A DNA stretch of 64,000 bases from Escherichia coli (GCF_003790525.1 NZ_CP033635.1); one strand, 5' to 3'; counted from the first letter of the stretch, positions 40,524 to 53,703 are shown. Made by a program: numbers and translations. Notes: generated from the sequence alone by a model not told the origin.

Positions 40524-41216
40524 ATGCCTTTAAGCGCACAACAGTTAGCTGCACAGAAAAACCTTTCGTATGTTCTGGCTGAGAAGCTGGCGCAACGCAT
40601 CTTAAAAGGTGAATATGAACCCGGCACCATTTTGCCTGGTGAGATTGAGCTGGGCGAGCAATTTGGAGTGAGTCGTACAGCGGTACGCGAAGCGGTCAAA
40701 ACGTTAACGGCAAAAGGGATGGTTTTACCGCGACCGCGAATTGGTACCCGGGTCATGCCACAATCAAACTGGAATTTTCTTGATCAGGAATTGCTTACCT
40801 GGTGGATGACAGAAGAGAACTTTCATCAGGTCATCGATCACTTTCTGGTTATGCGTATCTGTCTGGAGCCGCAAGCTTGCCTACTGGCTGCAACGGTTGG
40901 CACCGCGGAACAGAAGGCGCATCTCAATACGTTAATGGCCGAAATGGTGGCATTAAAAGAGAACTTTCGCCGTGAACGCTGGATTGAGGTCGATATGGCC
41001 TGGCATGAGCATATCTATGAAATGAGCGCCAATCCGTTTTTGACCTCATTCGCCTCGCTATTCCATTCGGTTTATCACACTTACTTCACGTCAATAACCA
41101 GCGACACAGTGATAAAGCTGGATCTGCACCAGGCGATTGTCGATGCGATTATCCAAAGCGATGGCGACGCGGCATTTAAAGCTTGTCAGGCGCTGCTACG
41201 CTCACCAGATAAGTGA
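40524..41216 (+). CDS. yieP: GntR/FadR-family transcriptional regulator
   Basis: 230 aa ORF with N-terminal winged-helix signature (FGVSRTAVREAVKTL). Confidence 0.9.
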   Translation: MPLSAQQLAAQKNLSYVLAEKLAQRILKGEYEPGTILPGEIELGEQFGVSRTAVREAVKTLTAKGMVLPRPRIGTRVMPQSNWNFLDQELLTWWMTEENFHQVIDHFLVMRICLEPQACLLAATVGTAEQKAHLNTLMAEMVALKENFRRERWIEVDMAWHEHIYEMSANPFLTSFASLFHSVYHTYFTSITSDTVIKLDLHQAIVDAIIQSDGDAAFKACQALLRSPDK

Positions 41217-41238
41217 TAACCCGATAACAGGACATTGA

Positions 41239-42666
41239 ATGAGCGATAAAAAGAAGCGCAGTATGGCGGGTTTGCCGTGGATCGCGGCGATGGCCTTCTT
41301 CATGCAGGCACTTGATGCCACTATTCTGAATACCGCCTTACCCGCAATCGCTCATAGCCTTAATCGTTCTCCTCTCGCGATGCAATCAGCCATCATCAGT
41401 TATACGCTGACGGTGGCGATGCTTATTCCGGTAAGCGGATGGCTAGCCGATCGCTTCGGTACGCGTCGCATATTTACCCTTGCCGTGAGTCTGTTCACGT
41501 TGGGTTCTCTGGCCTGCGCACTTTCTAACTCGCTACCACAGCTGGTTGTCTTCCGGGTTATTCAAGGGATAGGCGGCGCAATGATGATGCCTGTTGCTCG
41601 GCTGGCCTTACTGCGCGCTTATCCTCGTAATGAGCTTCTTCCTGTATTGAATTTTGTCGCCATGCCGGGTCTGGTGGGGCCAATTTTAGGCCCCGTTCTT
41701 GGCGGCGTGCTGGTCACCTGGGCAACCTGGCACTGGATATTTTTAATCAATATCCCCATAGGTATTGCGGGCCTTCTTTACGCGCGCAAACATATGCCCA
41801 ATTTCACCACCGCACGACGCAGATTCGATATCACTGGCTTTTTGCTGTTTGGCCTTAGCCTTGTTCTCTTCTCAAGCGGAATAGAGCTATTCGGGGAAAA
41901 GATTGTCGCCAGTTGGATTGCCTTGACGGTAATTGTCACCAGCATCGGGTTACTGCTTCTCTATATTCTCCATGCACGACGCACGCCAAACCCATTAATT
42001 TCATTAGATTTATTTAAAACCCGCACTTTCTCGATCGGTATCGTAGGCAATATTGCAACCCGTCTGGGGACCGGTTGTGTACCGTTCCTTATGCCATTGA
42101 TGTTACAGGTAGGATTTGGTTATCAGGCGTTTATTGCCGGCTGTATGATGGCACCGACAGCGTTAGGTTCCATTATTGCAAAATCGATGGTTACCCAAGT
42201 CTTACGTCGTCTGGGCTATCGCCATACGTTAGTGGGGATCACGGTGATTATTGGGCTAATGATCGCTCAGTTCTCTTTGCAATCACCGGCAATGGCGATA
42301 TGGATGCTGATCTTGCCGTTGTTTATATTAGGGATGGCTATGTCGACGCAATTTACCGCGATGAATACCATCACACTTGCCGATCTGACCGATGACAACG
42401 CCAGCAGCGGTAACAGTGTTCTGGCGGTCACGCAGCAACTGTCTATCAGTTTAGGCGTTGCTGTAAGTGCGGCCGTCCTTCGCGTTTATGAAGGGATGGA
42501 AGGCACAACGACTGTCGAACAATTCCACTATACGTTTATCACGATGGGCATTATTACTGTTGCTTCAGCAGCAATGTTCATGCTTCTGAAAACAACCGAT
42601 GGTAATAATTTGATCAAAAGACAGCGTAAATCTAAGCCGAACCGCGTTCCATCAGAATCGGAGTAA
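41239..42666 (+). CDS. hsrA: MFS transporter (12+ TM, drug:H+ antiporter-like)
   Basis: 475 aa hydrophobic ORF; synteny between yieP and rbsR. Confidence 0.9.
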
Positions 42667-43624
42667 GTTGTAATCGTTGTTGCTGAAGGGTCGGTTGGGT
42701 TATCCGATGGATGAGTACATCAATCGCCAGCTCCCCCAGTTCATCTTTCGGTTGATGGATAGTGGTTAATGGTGGCGTCATAAAGCTTGCCAGTTCGATA
42801 TCGTCATAGCCAATCACCGCGATATCCTGCGGAACCTGTAACTCTGCCTGATATAGCGCCTGGTAAACGCCAACAGCCATAGCGTCATTTCCGGTAAAGA
42901 CGGCCTGAGGACGCAGCGGATGTGATAACAGTTGGCGCATAGCGTCAAACCCGCCGTTAAATTCAAAATCACCAGTGACTTCATAGCCATCAGGAATGTT
43001 GAGACCCGCACGTTTCATCGCCGCCCGATAACCTTCCAACCTCAGGCGCGCCGGAGTTTTATCCAGCGGGCCGGTAATACAGGCGATACGGGTATGACCT
43101 TTATCGATCAGATATTGCGTTGCTAAGTCTCCGCCCAGCAACGAGTTATCCTGAATAAGATCGCTGTCGCCATCGAACGGTGCCCAGTCCATCATCACGG
43201 TAGGCACTGTCGGATAACGTTGCATGATTTCACGCGAAGGCTGATGCGTTTCGGTGCACAGTAACAGCAAGCCATCAACGCGTTTTTGCATCAGCGTTTC
43301 CAGATTGCGATTCATCCGTTGTTCATCGCCTTCGGTATTGCAAAGGACGAGACTATAACCGCGTTCGAAGCAGCTGCGTTCAACGCCACGCACCAGTTCT
43401 GAATAGAAAGGATTGGTACTGGCAGTGATCAACATGCCAATGGTATGTGTTTGATTGAGTTTGAGGCTACGCGCCAGAGCTGATGGCGCGTAATTGAGTT
43501 CTTTAATCGCCGCTTCAACTTTGGCGGTAATCGCTTCACTGACGAAGCGATCTTTATTGATAACGTGAGAAACTGTTGAGGTAGAAACGCCCGCCAGGCG
43601 GGCAACATCTTTCATTGTAGCCAA
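42632..43624 (-). CDS. rbsR: Ribose operon repressor (LacI family)
   Basis: 330 aa [32 protein letters not shown] (LacI helix-turn-helix); 3' end overlaps the hsrA 3' end by 35 nt. Confidence 0.95.
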
Positions 43625-43627
43625 GCG

Positions 43628-44557
43628 TCACCTCTGCCTGTCTAAAAATGCGTCGATCTCTTCACGCCACGGTACGGAAGGTTGTGCGCCTTTACGTGTT
43701 ACGGCAATCGCAGCGGCAGCATGGGCAAACCGAATCGCCTCTGGCAATGGTTTTTCTTCCAGCAACGCCGTGATTAACGCGCCGTTAAAGGTATCTCCGG
43801 CAGCAATGGTATCGACAGCCTGCACCCGGAATCCAGGAACGCGCTGACCTTCACCATTCACGCTAGCCCATACACCACGACTTCCTAAAGTAATCAGTAC
43901 AGTACGGATACCTTTTTCATGCAGTACCTGCGCCGCCTTCGCTGCATCTTCATCATTTTCAACACGAATACCGGTGAGCTTTTCTGCTTCCGTTTCGTTT
44001 GGCGTAATAATGTCCACCAGTGCCAGCAGTTCGTCAGGAAGTTCGCGAGCCGGAGCCGGGTTAAGCGCAACGATAGTCTTATTTTGATGGGCGATTTTCG
44101 CCGCTGCCATCACACTTTCGAGTGGTGATTCCAGCTGCATTAATAATGCTGACGCGTTGGCAATACGCTCACGTTGCGCTTCCACCAGTGCCGGGGAAAG
44201 GGCAGCATTAGCGCCGGCATGAATACCGATGACATTCTCACCTTCGCCATTAACAAAAATCAGCGCCACACCTGTTGATTCGCCTTTGATCACGCTGACC
44301 GGAGAAATATCGATGTTATCAGTGGCGAGCTGCTGGCGAACGCTCTCACCAATGCTGTCATCGCCAGTGCAGGCAATAAACGCGATATTCGCACCGCTAC
44401 GCCCAGCAGCCACAGCCTGATTAGCGCCTTTGCCGCCAAATGCAACCTGATAGTGGTTACCGGTTACGGTTTCGCCTGGGGTAGGAAAAGATTGAAGATT
44501 AAGAATGTGGTCAGCATTAATGCTGCCAAGAACAACGAGGCTGCCTGCGTTTTGCAT
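43628..44557 (-). CDS. rbsK: Ribokinase
   Basis: Track ORF trimmed to MQNAGSLVVLGSINADHILNL (309 aa). Confidence 0.95.
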   Translation of the reverse strand: MQNAGSLVVLGSINADHILNLQSFPTPGETVTGNHYQVAFGGKGANQAVAAGRSGANIAFIACTGDDSIGESVRQQLATDNIDISPVSVIKGESTGVALIFVNGEGENVIGIHAGANAALSPALVEAQRERIANASALLMQLESPLESVMAAAKIAHQNKTIVALNPAPARELPDELLALVDIITPNETEAEKLTGIRVENDEDAAKAAQVLHEKGIRTVLITLGSRGVWASVNGEGQRVPGFRVQAVDTIAAGDTFNGALITALLEEKPLPEAIRFAHAAAAIAVTRKGAQPSVPWREEIDAFLDRQR

Positions 44558-44682
44558 ATTCGGGATGTCCATAAAATGCGCCACCGTGTTAGGGTGGCGC
44601 GTGCCCTGCTTTTCTTTATATTACACGTTCATCTGTCGATGCCGTATTTATGTCACCATCAGGTCATACAACCTGATTAAAA

Positions 44683-45573
44683 CTACTGCTTAACAACCAG
44701 TTTCAGATCAACCGGATACTTAGCCTGAACTTTCTCACCTTTCAGTACTTTATCGGCGGTTTCGACGCCTTTCGCGCCAATCTGATCGGGTAGCTGAGCG
44801 ATAGTCGCTGCTAGTTTGCCATCATTCACCGCTTTTTCGCCATCCGGTGTACCGTCAAATCCGACGACCATCACATCCGATTTACCGGCAGTTTGCAGTG
44901 CGCGCAGCGCGCCCAGCGCCATTTCATCATTCTGCGCGAATACAGCCTGAACATCCGGATGTGCGGTCAACAGGTTCTGCATTACGTTCAAACCTTTAGT
45001 GCGATCAAAATCTGCTGGCTGGCTGGCAAGAACATTAAACTTGTGAGCAGCAACAGCCTGCTGGAAGCCTTCGCCACGTTCACGGGCTGCGGATGTACCG
45101 GCAATGCCTTGCAGCTCGATAACTTTGGCACCTTCACCCGCTTTCTTCGCGATGTAATCACCGGCGATTTTGCCGCCCAGTACGTTATCAGAAGCAATGT
45201 GGCTCACCACTTCACCTTTCGTTGCCTGGCGGTCAAGAGTGATAACCGGGATGTTCGCCTGGTTAGCCATCTTCACAGCATTACCCACTGCGTCGGAGTC
45301 GGTCGGGTTAATCAGCAGAATTTTGGTGCCGCGAACGGTTAAGTCCTGCACGTTCGCCAGCTCTTTCGCCGGGTTATTCTGGGAGTCCAGCACCACCAGG
45401 TTATAGCCAAGTTTATCCGCCTCTTTCTGCGCGCCATCTTTCAGCGATACAAAGAACGGGTTGTTAAGCGTGGAGACCACCAGCGCGATGGTGTCTTTTG
45501 CCATCGCATTCGCACTGACGGTGGCGCTTAGCGCAACAGCGGAAACCAGGGTAGCCAGTTTTTTCATGTTCAT
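44683..45573 (-). CDS. rbsB: Ribose ABC transporter periplasmic binding protein
   Basis: Track ORF trimmed to [25 protein letters not shown] (signal peptide), 296 aa. Confidence 0.95.
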   Translation of the reverse strand: MNMKKLATLVSAVALSATVSANAMAKDTIALVVSTLNNPFFVSLKDGAQKEADKLGYNLVVLDSQNNPAKELANVQDLTVRGTKILLINPTDSDAVGNAVKMANQANIPVITLDRQATKGEVVSHIASDNVLGGKIAGDYIAKKAGEGAKVIELQGIAGTSAARERGEGFQQAVAAHKFNVLASQPADFDRTKGLNVMQNLLTAHPDVQAVFAQNDEMALGALRALQTAGKSDVMVVGFDGTPDGEKAVNDGKLAATIAQLPDQIGAKGVETADKVLKGEKVQAKYPVDLKLVVKQ

Positions 45574-45597
45574 ATTCAAGATGTCCTGTAGTCGTTA

Positions 45598-46563
45598 TTA
45601 CTGCTTTTTGTTGTCTACCAGCACCGCCAGCAAAATCACCACCGCTTTGACGATCATCTGGTAATAGGAGGAAACACCTAACAAATTCAATCCATTATTA
45701 AGGAAGCCAAGAATTAATGCGCCGATCAACGTCCCAACAATGCGACCTTTTCCGCCCGCCAGACTCGTACCGCCCAGAACCACCGCAGCAATGGCATCCA
45801 GCTCATAGCCAGTCCCCGCCGTAGGTTGTGCGGAGGAGAGACGCGCCACTTCAATGATCCCGGCCAGCGATGCCAGCAGACCACAAAGAGAATAGACGAT
45901 GATTTTGATTTTATTGACGTTGATACCAGAAAGGCGCGTTGCCGCTTCGTTGCCGCCCAGCGCGTAGATGTAACGCCCCAGACGCGTGTGATGCAGCATG
46001 TACCAGGCCGCGAGGAAGACAATTCCCATGATCCAGACTGGCGTCGGTACACCCAGCGGACGACCAATACCAAACCAGCCAAACAGATCGGCGTTCTCAG
46101 TAAAGCCAGTATTCACTGGGCTACCGTTGGTATAAACCATGGTCACGCCGCGCAGTAAAAGCATCATAACCAGCGTAGCGATAAAGGCCTGGACGCGACC
46201 TTTCGCTACAATCACCCCGGTTACCGCACCAATTGCGGCACCTAACGCGAGAGCGGCAGCGACAGCCACCAGCGCATTGACTTCAATGCCAACGATAGAT
46301 GCAGCAACTGCGCCGGTCAGCGCCAATAGAGAACCTACCGACAAGTCGATGCCCGACGTCAGGATCACCAGCGTCATCCCGACTGCCATAATGGCGTTCA
46401 CCGAGGTTTGCTGGAGAATATTGAATAAGTTATTGATGGTGAAAAAGTTCGGGCTTAACGTCGAGACAATCGCGATCAGCACCAGCAGAGCGATAAGCGA
46501 TTTCTGCTCCATCAGCCACGCTTTCGTGAAATAACGGCGACCAGAGACAGTCTGGGTTGTCAT
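45598..46563 (-). CDS. rbsC: Ribose ABC transporter permease
   Basis: 321 aa polytopic membrane ORF. Confidence 0.95.
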   Translation of the reverse strand: MTTQTVSGRRYFTKAWLMEQKSLIALLVLIAIVSTLSPNFFTINNLFNILQQTSVNAIMAVGMTLVILTSGIDLSVGSLLALTGAVAASIVGIEVNALVAVAAALALGAAIGAVTGVIVAKGRVQAFIATLVMMLLLRGVTMVYTNGSPVNTGFTENADLFGWFGIGRPLGVPTPVWIMGIVFLAAWYMLHHTRLGRYIYALGGNEAATRLSGINVNKIKIIVYSLCGLLASLAGIIEVARLSSAQPTAGTGYELDAIAAVVLGGTSLAGGKGRIVGTLIGALILGFLNNGLNLLGVSSYYQMIVKAVVILLAVLVDNKKQ

Positions 46564-46567
46564 TTTT

Positions 46568-48073
46568 TTACTCCTGATTCACGCGATTAAGCTTGCCCAC
46601 AGCGGCAGCCATTAACACTTCCTGGGTGGCCTGCTCACGAGTAAATTCCCCGCTGAGATGCCCTTCATGCATGACGATGATGCGATCGCTCATGCCTAAT
46701 ACTTCTGGCATCTCCGATGACACCAGAATGATGCTCAAGCCATCGGCTTTGAACTGGTTAATCAGTTGATAGATCTCTTTTTTCGCGCCGACATCTACGC
46801 CACGGGTAGGCTCATCGAGGATCAACACTTTGGGGCGTGTCATCAGACCACGGGCAATCGCCACTTTTTGCTGATTGCCACCGGAGAGCAGACCAATTGC
46901 CTGTTCCATCGACGGCGTTTTCACATTAAACAGACGAATGAAATCACTTACTGCCTGCTGTTCATCGGCATGCTTCAAACTGCCGCCAGCGCGGCTGAAG
47001 TAGCGCAGCGCTGTCAGCGACATGTTCTCTTTTACTGACATGCCCAGCACTAAACCGTCACGTTTACGGTCTTCGGAGATATACACAATGCCGTTTGCCA
47101 GGCCATCCTGCGGTGAACGGGTAACGACTTCATGCCCATCCAGGGTGACGTAACCGCTGGTGCGCGGCAGTGCGCCGTAGAGCACTTTCATCAGTTCGGT
47201 ACGACCTGCGCCCATCAAACCAGAGACGCCAAGAATTTCGCCTTTGCGTAAAGTAAAAGAGACATCGTTAACGCCAGGTCCGCAGAGATTATCGACTTTC
47301 AGGCGGATATCTCCCGGCGCTTTGTCCAGGTGCGGATATTGATCTTCCAGCTTGCGACCCACCATCATCTCAATCAGCGAATCTTCGGTCAGTGATGCTA
47401 CTTCACGCTCAGCAATAAATTGCCCATCACGAAAAACGGTAACGTCATCGCAAATCTCGAAGATTTCTTTCATGCGGTGGGAGATATAGACAATACCGCG
47501 GCCTTGCGATTTCAGCTCGCGGATGACGCGGAACAAGGATTCGGTTTCGGTATCGGTCAGCGCATCGGTCGGTTCATCCATAATGATGACTTTCGACTCA
47601 AAGCTCAGCACTTTGGCAATTTCAACCATTTGCTGGTCACCGATGGAAAGATCGCCCACCAGCTTGTCGCTTTTAAAGCGCAGGTTAAGTTTAGCCAGCA
47701 ATTTATCCGCTTCGGCATACATGGTTTTCCAGTCAATTTTGCCAAAGCGATTAACAAACTCACGACCGAGGAAAATGTTTTCGGCAATGGTTAACTGCGG
47801 GATCAGGTTCAGTTCCTGGTGGATAATCCCAATCCCGGCTTCCTGGGAAGATTTCGGCCCGGTAAATGTCGTTTCTTTCCCCAGCCATAAAAGCGTGCCG
47901 GCATCGCGAGTATAGATACCAGTAAGCACTTTCATCATGGTGGATTTACCCGCGCCGTTTTCGCCCACCAGCGCCATCACGCGGCCCGGATAGACATTTA
48001 ACGCTGCGCCCGAGAGGGCTTTTACGCCCGGGAAGGCTTTATCGATGCCTTTAAGCTGAAGTAATGCTTCCAT
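46568..48073 (-). CDS. rbsA: Ribose ABC transporter ATP-binding protein (tandem ABC domains)
   Basis: 501 aa ORF with two Walker A motifs (GENGAGKST and GLMGAGRT). Confidence 0.95.
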
Positions 48074-48080
48074 GACGGCC

Positions 48081-48500
48081 TCAGAACGTCACGCCAGCAC
48101 AGAGAATGATATTCGCATACGGAGAACATTCTCCGCTGCGAATTACCGCCTGACTTTCTGCGGTTTGTTGTTTGAATTGTTCATGCGTGGTGTAACGAAT
48201 TTCAATGGTATTTCCCTGGTGTTTTTGCAGCTGCTCAAGGTGAGTGAGCAACGTTTCGTGGAGTTGCGGATTATGTTGTTTGATCTCTTCCGCGATAATG
48301 GCAGCTTCGACCTGCATTTCATTTGTGACGACGCCCAGCACCTGCATAAAAGAAGGTACCCCCTGGGTTAATGCCATATCGATACGCGTTGTACTTTTGG
48401 GGATGGGTAAACCAGCATCACACACCACCAGCGTATCGGTATGTCCCAGACGGGAGATCACCGATGAAATATCAGAATTAAGAACGGTGCCTTTTTTCAT
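48081..48500 (-). CDS. rbsD: D-ribose pyranase
   Basis: Track ORF trimmed to [20 protein letters not shown] (139 aa), with a GGAG Shine-Dalgarno 7 nt upstream. Confidence 0.93.
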
Positions 48501-48511
48501 TTTTTTCTCCA

Positions 48512-48531
48512 TCAGCGAAACGTTTCGCTGA
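48512..48531. promoter_or_regulatory. RbsR operator-like palindrome TCAGCGAAACGTTTCGCTGA in the rbsD leader
   Basis: Perfect 20-bp palindrome read from sequence just upstream of the rbsD start; consistent with a LacI-family operator. Confidence 0.75.
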
Positions 48532-48666
48532 CCCGCAGTTTAATCCTGACTGAGTTGGGAAAACCATCGTGACGTTACGGAAATGTGATCAACCTCGAAA
48601 CGTTTTACATGGTGATTAACCATGAAAACAAAAACGCCCCCTTATGGAGAAAGGAGGCGTCTGGCG

Positions 48667-50535
48667 TTAGATTTCGACCTGAGTACCCAGTTCGATAACC
48701 CTGTTTGGCGGGATTTCAAATTGATCCGGCGCACGCAGCGCATTACGTTGCAGCAGCAAGTACAGCTTGCCGCGCAGACGCAAATACCACGGGCGTTTGC
48801 CGAGGATCAACGACTCATGCGACATAAAGAAGGAGGTTTCCATCATCCGGCAACTTAATCCTTCCAGACCGCAGCGGTGGAAAACTTCTTCCACGTTTGG
48901 CGTTTCTCGCCAACCATAACTTGCCACCACGCGCCAGAAAGTGGGCGACAGTTGTTCAATCTGTACCCGACGGACGTTATGGACATATGGCGCGTCTTCG
49001 GTGCGCAGAGTTAACAGAATCACCCGCTCATGCAATACCTTGTTATGTTTCAGGTTATGCATCAGCGCAAAGGGAATGACGTTGATTGCACGCGACATAT
49101 ACACCGCGGTCCCAGGCACGCGAACGGGCGGTGATTTCTCCAGCGAAGCAATCATTGCTTCCAGAGAGTTACCATGTTCATGCATCCGCCGCAGCAAGCG
49201 GAAACGCTCGCTCTTCCAGGTGGTCATCACGATAAACATCACCGTACCGAGGCTTAATGGCAACCAGCCGCCGGAGAGCAGTTTATCGAGGTTAGCGGTG
49301 AACAAGGGAATATCGACACAAAGGAAAGCAATCAGGATCAGCGCAACAAAATACTTATTCCAGTGCCAGTTCTGACGTGCCACGGTAGTCGAGAGAATAG
49401 ACGTCAGCACCATGGTTCCGGTCACCGCAATCCCGTACGCCGCCGCCAGGTTGCTGGAGTGCTCAAAGCTGACAATCACAATCACGACCGCGACATAGAG
49501 CATCCAGTTCACAAAGGGAATATAGATTTGCCCTGACTCCATTTCGGAGGTGTGAATAATGCGCATCGGCGACAAATATCCCAGACGTACCGCCTGACGC
49601 GTCAATGAGAAGACGCCAGAGATAACCGCCTGCGAGGCAATTACCGTCGCCAGTGCGGCGATGATCAGCAGCGGGATCAGCGCCCAGTCCGGTGCCAACA
49701 GGAAGAACGGGTTCTTAATCGCTTCCGGATTCTTTAACAACAGCGCTCCCTGGCCGAAGTAATTAAGGGTTAAGGAAGGCAATACGACGGTGAACCACGC
49801 CAGACGAATAGGGAACTTACCAAAGTGCCCCATATCAGCATACAGCGCCTCGACCCCCGTAATCGACAGCACCACTGCCCCTAATGCAATAAAAGAAACC
49901 GTTTTGTATTCAAGGAAGAAATGCACCGCCCACATCGGATTCAGTGCATGCAGCACTTCCGGGTTAGCAATAATGCTACGTAACCCCAGCCCTGCCAGAA
50001 TCAAAAACCAGGTCAGCATGATCGGTGCAAACAGCTTACCGACCATAGCCGTGCCATGTTTTTGAATCATAAATAATAAAGTGAGAACGATAATTGAGAG
50101 GGGAACTATCCAGGTATCCAGCTGCGGGGCGACGATTTCCAGACCTTCAATGGCTGACATCACCGAAATAGCGGGTGTTATGACGACTTCACCATAGAAA
50201 AAGCTGCCGCCGATTAGCCCCATAATCACCAGCATTGATGTGGTTCGCGCCGACGTATTACGCCCGGCAAGCGACATCAACGTCAGGATCCCCCCTTCAC
50301 CGGCGTTATCTGCCCGCATCACGAAGGTGAGATATTTAATGGAAACCACAAAGATTAGCAGCCAGAAGATCAGCGATAAAAAGCCAAACACGGCATCGCG
50401 TTCAACGCCAAAACCAAACTGGCCGGACAAACATTCACGAAGTGTATATAACGGGCTGGTACCAATATCGCCGTAGACAACTCCAATCGCCGCGAGGGTA
50501 ATCGCGGGCAATGATTGCTTATTATCAGTGCTCAT
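48667..50535 (-). CDS. kup: Low-affinity K+ uptake transporter Kup (TrkD)
   Basis: 622 aa [33 protein letters not shown]. Confidence 0.95.
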
Positions 50536-50757
50536 AGACTAGTCTTTCGTTGAAATATGAAATGTGTGCTTAGTCCCTTGGCCCACAAAAAAGCGCACAG
50601 TATGCACGATTAACGGCAAAATCGTACTCCTAAATGCGGCCACATTAACCTGGCTCAAAGAAAAATACCCCCCCTTTGAGACTATTTTAGCCACCAGCAA
50701 GAAACGTCTATACTCGCAATTTACGCAGAACTTTTGACGAAAGGACGCCACTTCATT

Positions 50758-52254
50758 ATGGCTCACCCTCATTTATTAGCGGAAAGAATTTCCCGCCTGA
50801 GCAGTTCGTTGGAAAAGGGGCTTTATGAACGTAGCCACGCCATCCGCTTGTGTTTATTAGCGGCATTAAGTGGTGAAAGTGTGTTCCTCCTTGGCCCGCC
50901 AGGTATTGCCAAAAGTTTGATCGCCCGGCGCTTAAAATTCGCCTTTCAGAATGCCCGCGCGTTTGAATATCTGATGACTCGCTTCTCCACGCCGGAAGAG
51001 GTTTTTGGTCCCCTTTCTATTCAGGCGCTAAAAGATGAAGGGCGCTATGAACGTTTAACCAGCGGTTACCTGCCGGAAGCAGAAATCGTCTTTCTGGATG
51101 AGATCTGGAAAGCGGGTCCGGCAATTCTTAATACCCTGCTCACCGCCATTAACGAGCGCCAGTTCCGCAACGGTGCACACATAGAAAAAATCCCGATGCG
51201 CCTGCTGGTGGCGGCCTCCAACGAGCTGCCGGAAGCAGACAGCAGTCTGGAAGCGTTATATGACCGCATGCTGATTCGTCTGTGGTTAGATAAAGTGCAG
51301 GATAAAGCGAATTTCCGCTCCATGCTGACCAGTCAACAGGATGAAAACGACAATCCGGTTCCTACCTCCTTGCAGGTCACAGATGAAGAATATGAACGCT
51401 GGCAGAAAGAGATTGGTGAAATTACGCTGCCCGATCATGTATTTGAGCTGATTTTTATGCTGCGCCAGCAACTGGATAAATTACCGGATGCGCCTTATGT
51501 CTCGGATCGTCGCTGGAAAAAAGCGATTCGATTATTGCAGGCCAGCGCCTTTTTTAGCGGTCGCAGTGCTGTTGCCCCGGTTGATCTCATTTTGCTGAAA
51601 GATTGCCTGTGGTATGACGCGCAAAGCCTGAATTTGATACAACAACAAATCGATGTATTGATGACCGGTCATGCCTGGCAACAGCAAGGGATGTTGACCC
51701 GCCTGGGCGCGATTGTGCAACGTCACCTGCAACTACAGCAGCAACAAAGCGATAAAACAGCCTTAACGGTAATTCGTCTGGGCGGCATTTTCAGCCGTCG
51801 TCAGCAGTATCAACTCCCTGTTAACGTTACTGCTTCCACTCTGACTCTGCTGCTGCAAAAACCGTTAAAACTGCATGATATGGAAGTGGTTCATATCACC
51901 TTTGAGCGTAGCGCGCTGGAACAGTGGCTGAGCAAAGGTGGTGAAATTCGCGGCAAACTAAACGGTATCGGCTTTGCCCAGAAACTGAATCTGGAAGTTG
52001 ATAGCACCCAACATCTTGTTGTACGCGATGTAAGTTTACAAGGCAGTACGCTGGCACTTCCCGGTTCATCGGCTGAAGGTCTGCCAGGTGAAATAAAACA
52101 ACAACTGGAAGAGCTTGAAAGCGACTGGCGCAAGCAACACGCTTTATTCAGCGAACAGCAAAAATGTCTGTTTATCCCTGGCGACTGGTTAGGTCGCATT
52201 GAAGCCAGCCTACAGGATGTCGGTGCACAGATTCGCCAGGCGCAACAATGCTAA
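50758..52254 (+). CDS. ravA: MoxR-family AAA+ ATPase RavA
   Basis: Track ORF trimmed to [30 protein letters not shown] (498 aa); Walker A GPPGIAKS. Confidence 0.95.
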   Translation: MAHPHLLAERISRLSSSLEKGLYERSHAIRLCLLAALSGESVFLLGPPGIAKSLIARRLKFAFQNARAFEYLMTRFSTPEEVFGPLSIQALKDEGRYERLTSGYLPEAEIVFLDEIWKAGPAILNTLLTAINERQFRNGAHIEKIPMRLLVAASNELPEADSSLEALYDRMLIRLWLDKVQDKANFRSMLTSQQDENDNPVPTSLQVTDEEYERWQKEIGEITLPDHVFELIFMLRQQLDKLPDAPYVSDRRWKKAIRLLQASAFFSGRSAVAPVDLILLKDCLWYDAQSLNLIQQQIDVLMTGHAWQQQGMLTRLGAIVQRHLQLQQQQSDKTALTVIRLGGIFSRRQQYQLPVNVTASTLTLLLQKPLKLHDMEVVHITFERSALEQWLSKGGEIRGKLNGIGFAQKLNLEVDSTQHLVVRDVSLQGSTLALPGSSAEGLPGEIKQQLEELESDWRKQHALFSEQQKCLFIPGDWLGRIEASLQDVGAQIRQAQQC

Positions 52255-53699
52255 CGCTGGATACGCTTAATGTGATGCTGGCCGTCAGCGAAGAGGGATT
52301 GATCGAAGAGATGATCATCGCGCTGCTGGCCTCACCGCAGCTGGCGGTCTTCTTTGAAAAATTCCCACGACTGAAGGCGGCTATCACTGATGATGTTCCC
52401 CGCTGGCGTGAGGCGCTGCGCAGTCGGCTGAAAGATGCCCGAGTCCCGCCGGAACTCACCGAAGAGGTGATGTGCTATCAGCAAAGCCAGCTCCTCTCCA
52501 CGCCGCAGTTTATTGTGCAGCTACCACAGATCCTGGACTTACTGCATCGTCTGAATTCCCCATGGGCAGAACAAGCCCGACAGTTGGTTGATGCTAACAG
52601 CACGATCACTTCAGCGTTACACACGCTTTTTCTCCAGCGTTGGCGTTTAAGTCTGATCGTGCAAGCAACGACGTTAAATCAACAGCTATTAGAAGAAGAA
52701 CGCGAACAACTGTTGAGTGAAGTTCAGGAACGCATGACGCAGAGCGGACAACTTGAACCGATTCTCGCAGATAACAATACCGCAGCTGGTCGTCTGTGGG
52801 ATATGAGCGCCGGTCAGCTTAAACGTGGCGACTATCAGTTGATTGTGAAATACGGTGAATTTCTGAACGAACAGCCGGAACTGAAACGCCTGGCAGAACA
52901 GTTGGGGCGTTCCCGGGAAGCCAAATCAATACCGCGCAACGATGCGCAGATGGAAACCTTCCGCACCCTGGTGCGCGAACCGGCGACGGTTCCTGAGCAG
53001 GTTGATGGTCTGCAACAAAGCGATGATATTTTACGTCTCCTGCCGCCAGAACTGGCGACACTAGGGATAACAGAACTGGAGTATGAGTTTTACCGTCGGC
53101 TGGTGGAAAAACAGTTGCTCACCTATCGCCTGCACGGTGAGTCGTGGCGTGAAAAAGTGATCGAACGCCCGGTGGTGCATAAAGATTACGACGAACAGCC
53201 GCGCGGACCGTTTATTGTCTGTGTGGATACTTCCGGCTCAATGGGCGGCTTTAATGAACAGTGTGCGAAAGCGTTCTGCCTGGCCTTGATGCGCATTGCT
53301 CTCGCTGAAAACCGGCGCTGCTATATTATGCTATTTTCCACCGAGATCGTCCGTTATGAGCTTTCAGGCCCACAAGGCATCGAACAGGCAATCCGTTTTT
53401 TAAGCCAGCGTTTTCGTGGTGGTACTGATCTTGCCAGTTGTTTTCGCGCCATTATGGAACGATTGCAAAGCCGGGAATGGTTTGACGCCGATGCGGTGGT
53501 GATTTCTGATTTTATCGCCCAGCGGTTGCCTGACGACGTGACGAGTAAAGTGAAAGAGTTGCAGCGGGTACATCAGCATCGCTTTCATGCCGTGGCGATG
53601 TCGGCACATGGCAAACCCGGCATCATGCGCATTTTCGATCATATCTGGCGCTTTGATACCGGGATGCGAAGCCGCCTGCTCAGACGCTGGCGACGATAA
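52248..53699 (+). CDS. viaA: von Willebrand factor A-domain protein ViaA
   Basis: 483 aa ORF overlapping the ravA 3' end by 7 nt; C-terminal VWA domain (DTSGSM). Confidence 0.93.
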   Translation: MLTLDTLNVMLAVSEEGLIEEMIIALLASPQLAVFFEKFPRLKAAITDDVPRWREALRSRLKDARVPPELTEEVMCYQQSQLLSTPQFIVQLPQILDLLHRLNSPWAEQARQLVDANSTITSALHTLFLQRWRLSLIVQATTLNQQLLEEEREQLLSEVQERMTQSGQLEPILADNNTAAGRLWDMSAGQLKRGDYQLIVKYGEFLNEQPELKRLAEQLGRSREAKSIPRNDAQMETFRTLVREPATVPEQVDGLQQSDDILRLLPPELATLGITELEYEFYRRLVEKQLLTYRLHGESWREKVIERPVVHKDYDEQPRGPFIVCVDTSGSMGGFNEQCAKAFCLALMRIALAENRRCYIMLFSTEIVRYELSGPQGIEQAIRFLSQRFRGGTDLASCFRAIMERLQSREWFDADAVVISDFIAQRLPDDVTSKVKELQRVHQHRFHAVAMSAHGKPGIMRIFDHIWRFDTGMRSRLLRRWRR

Positions 53700-53703
53700 A
53701 CGA

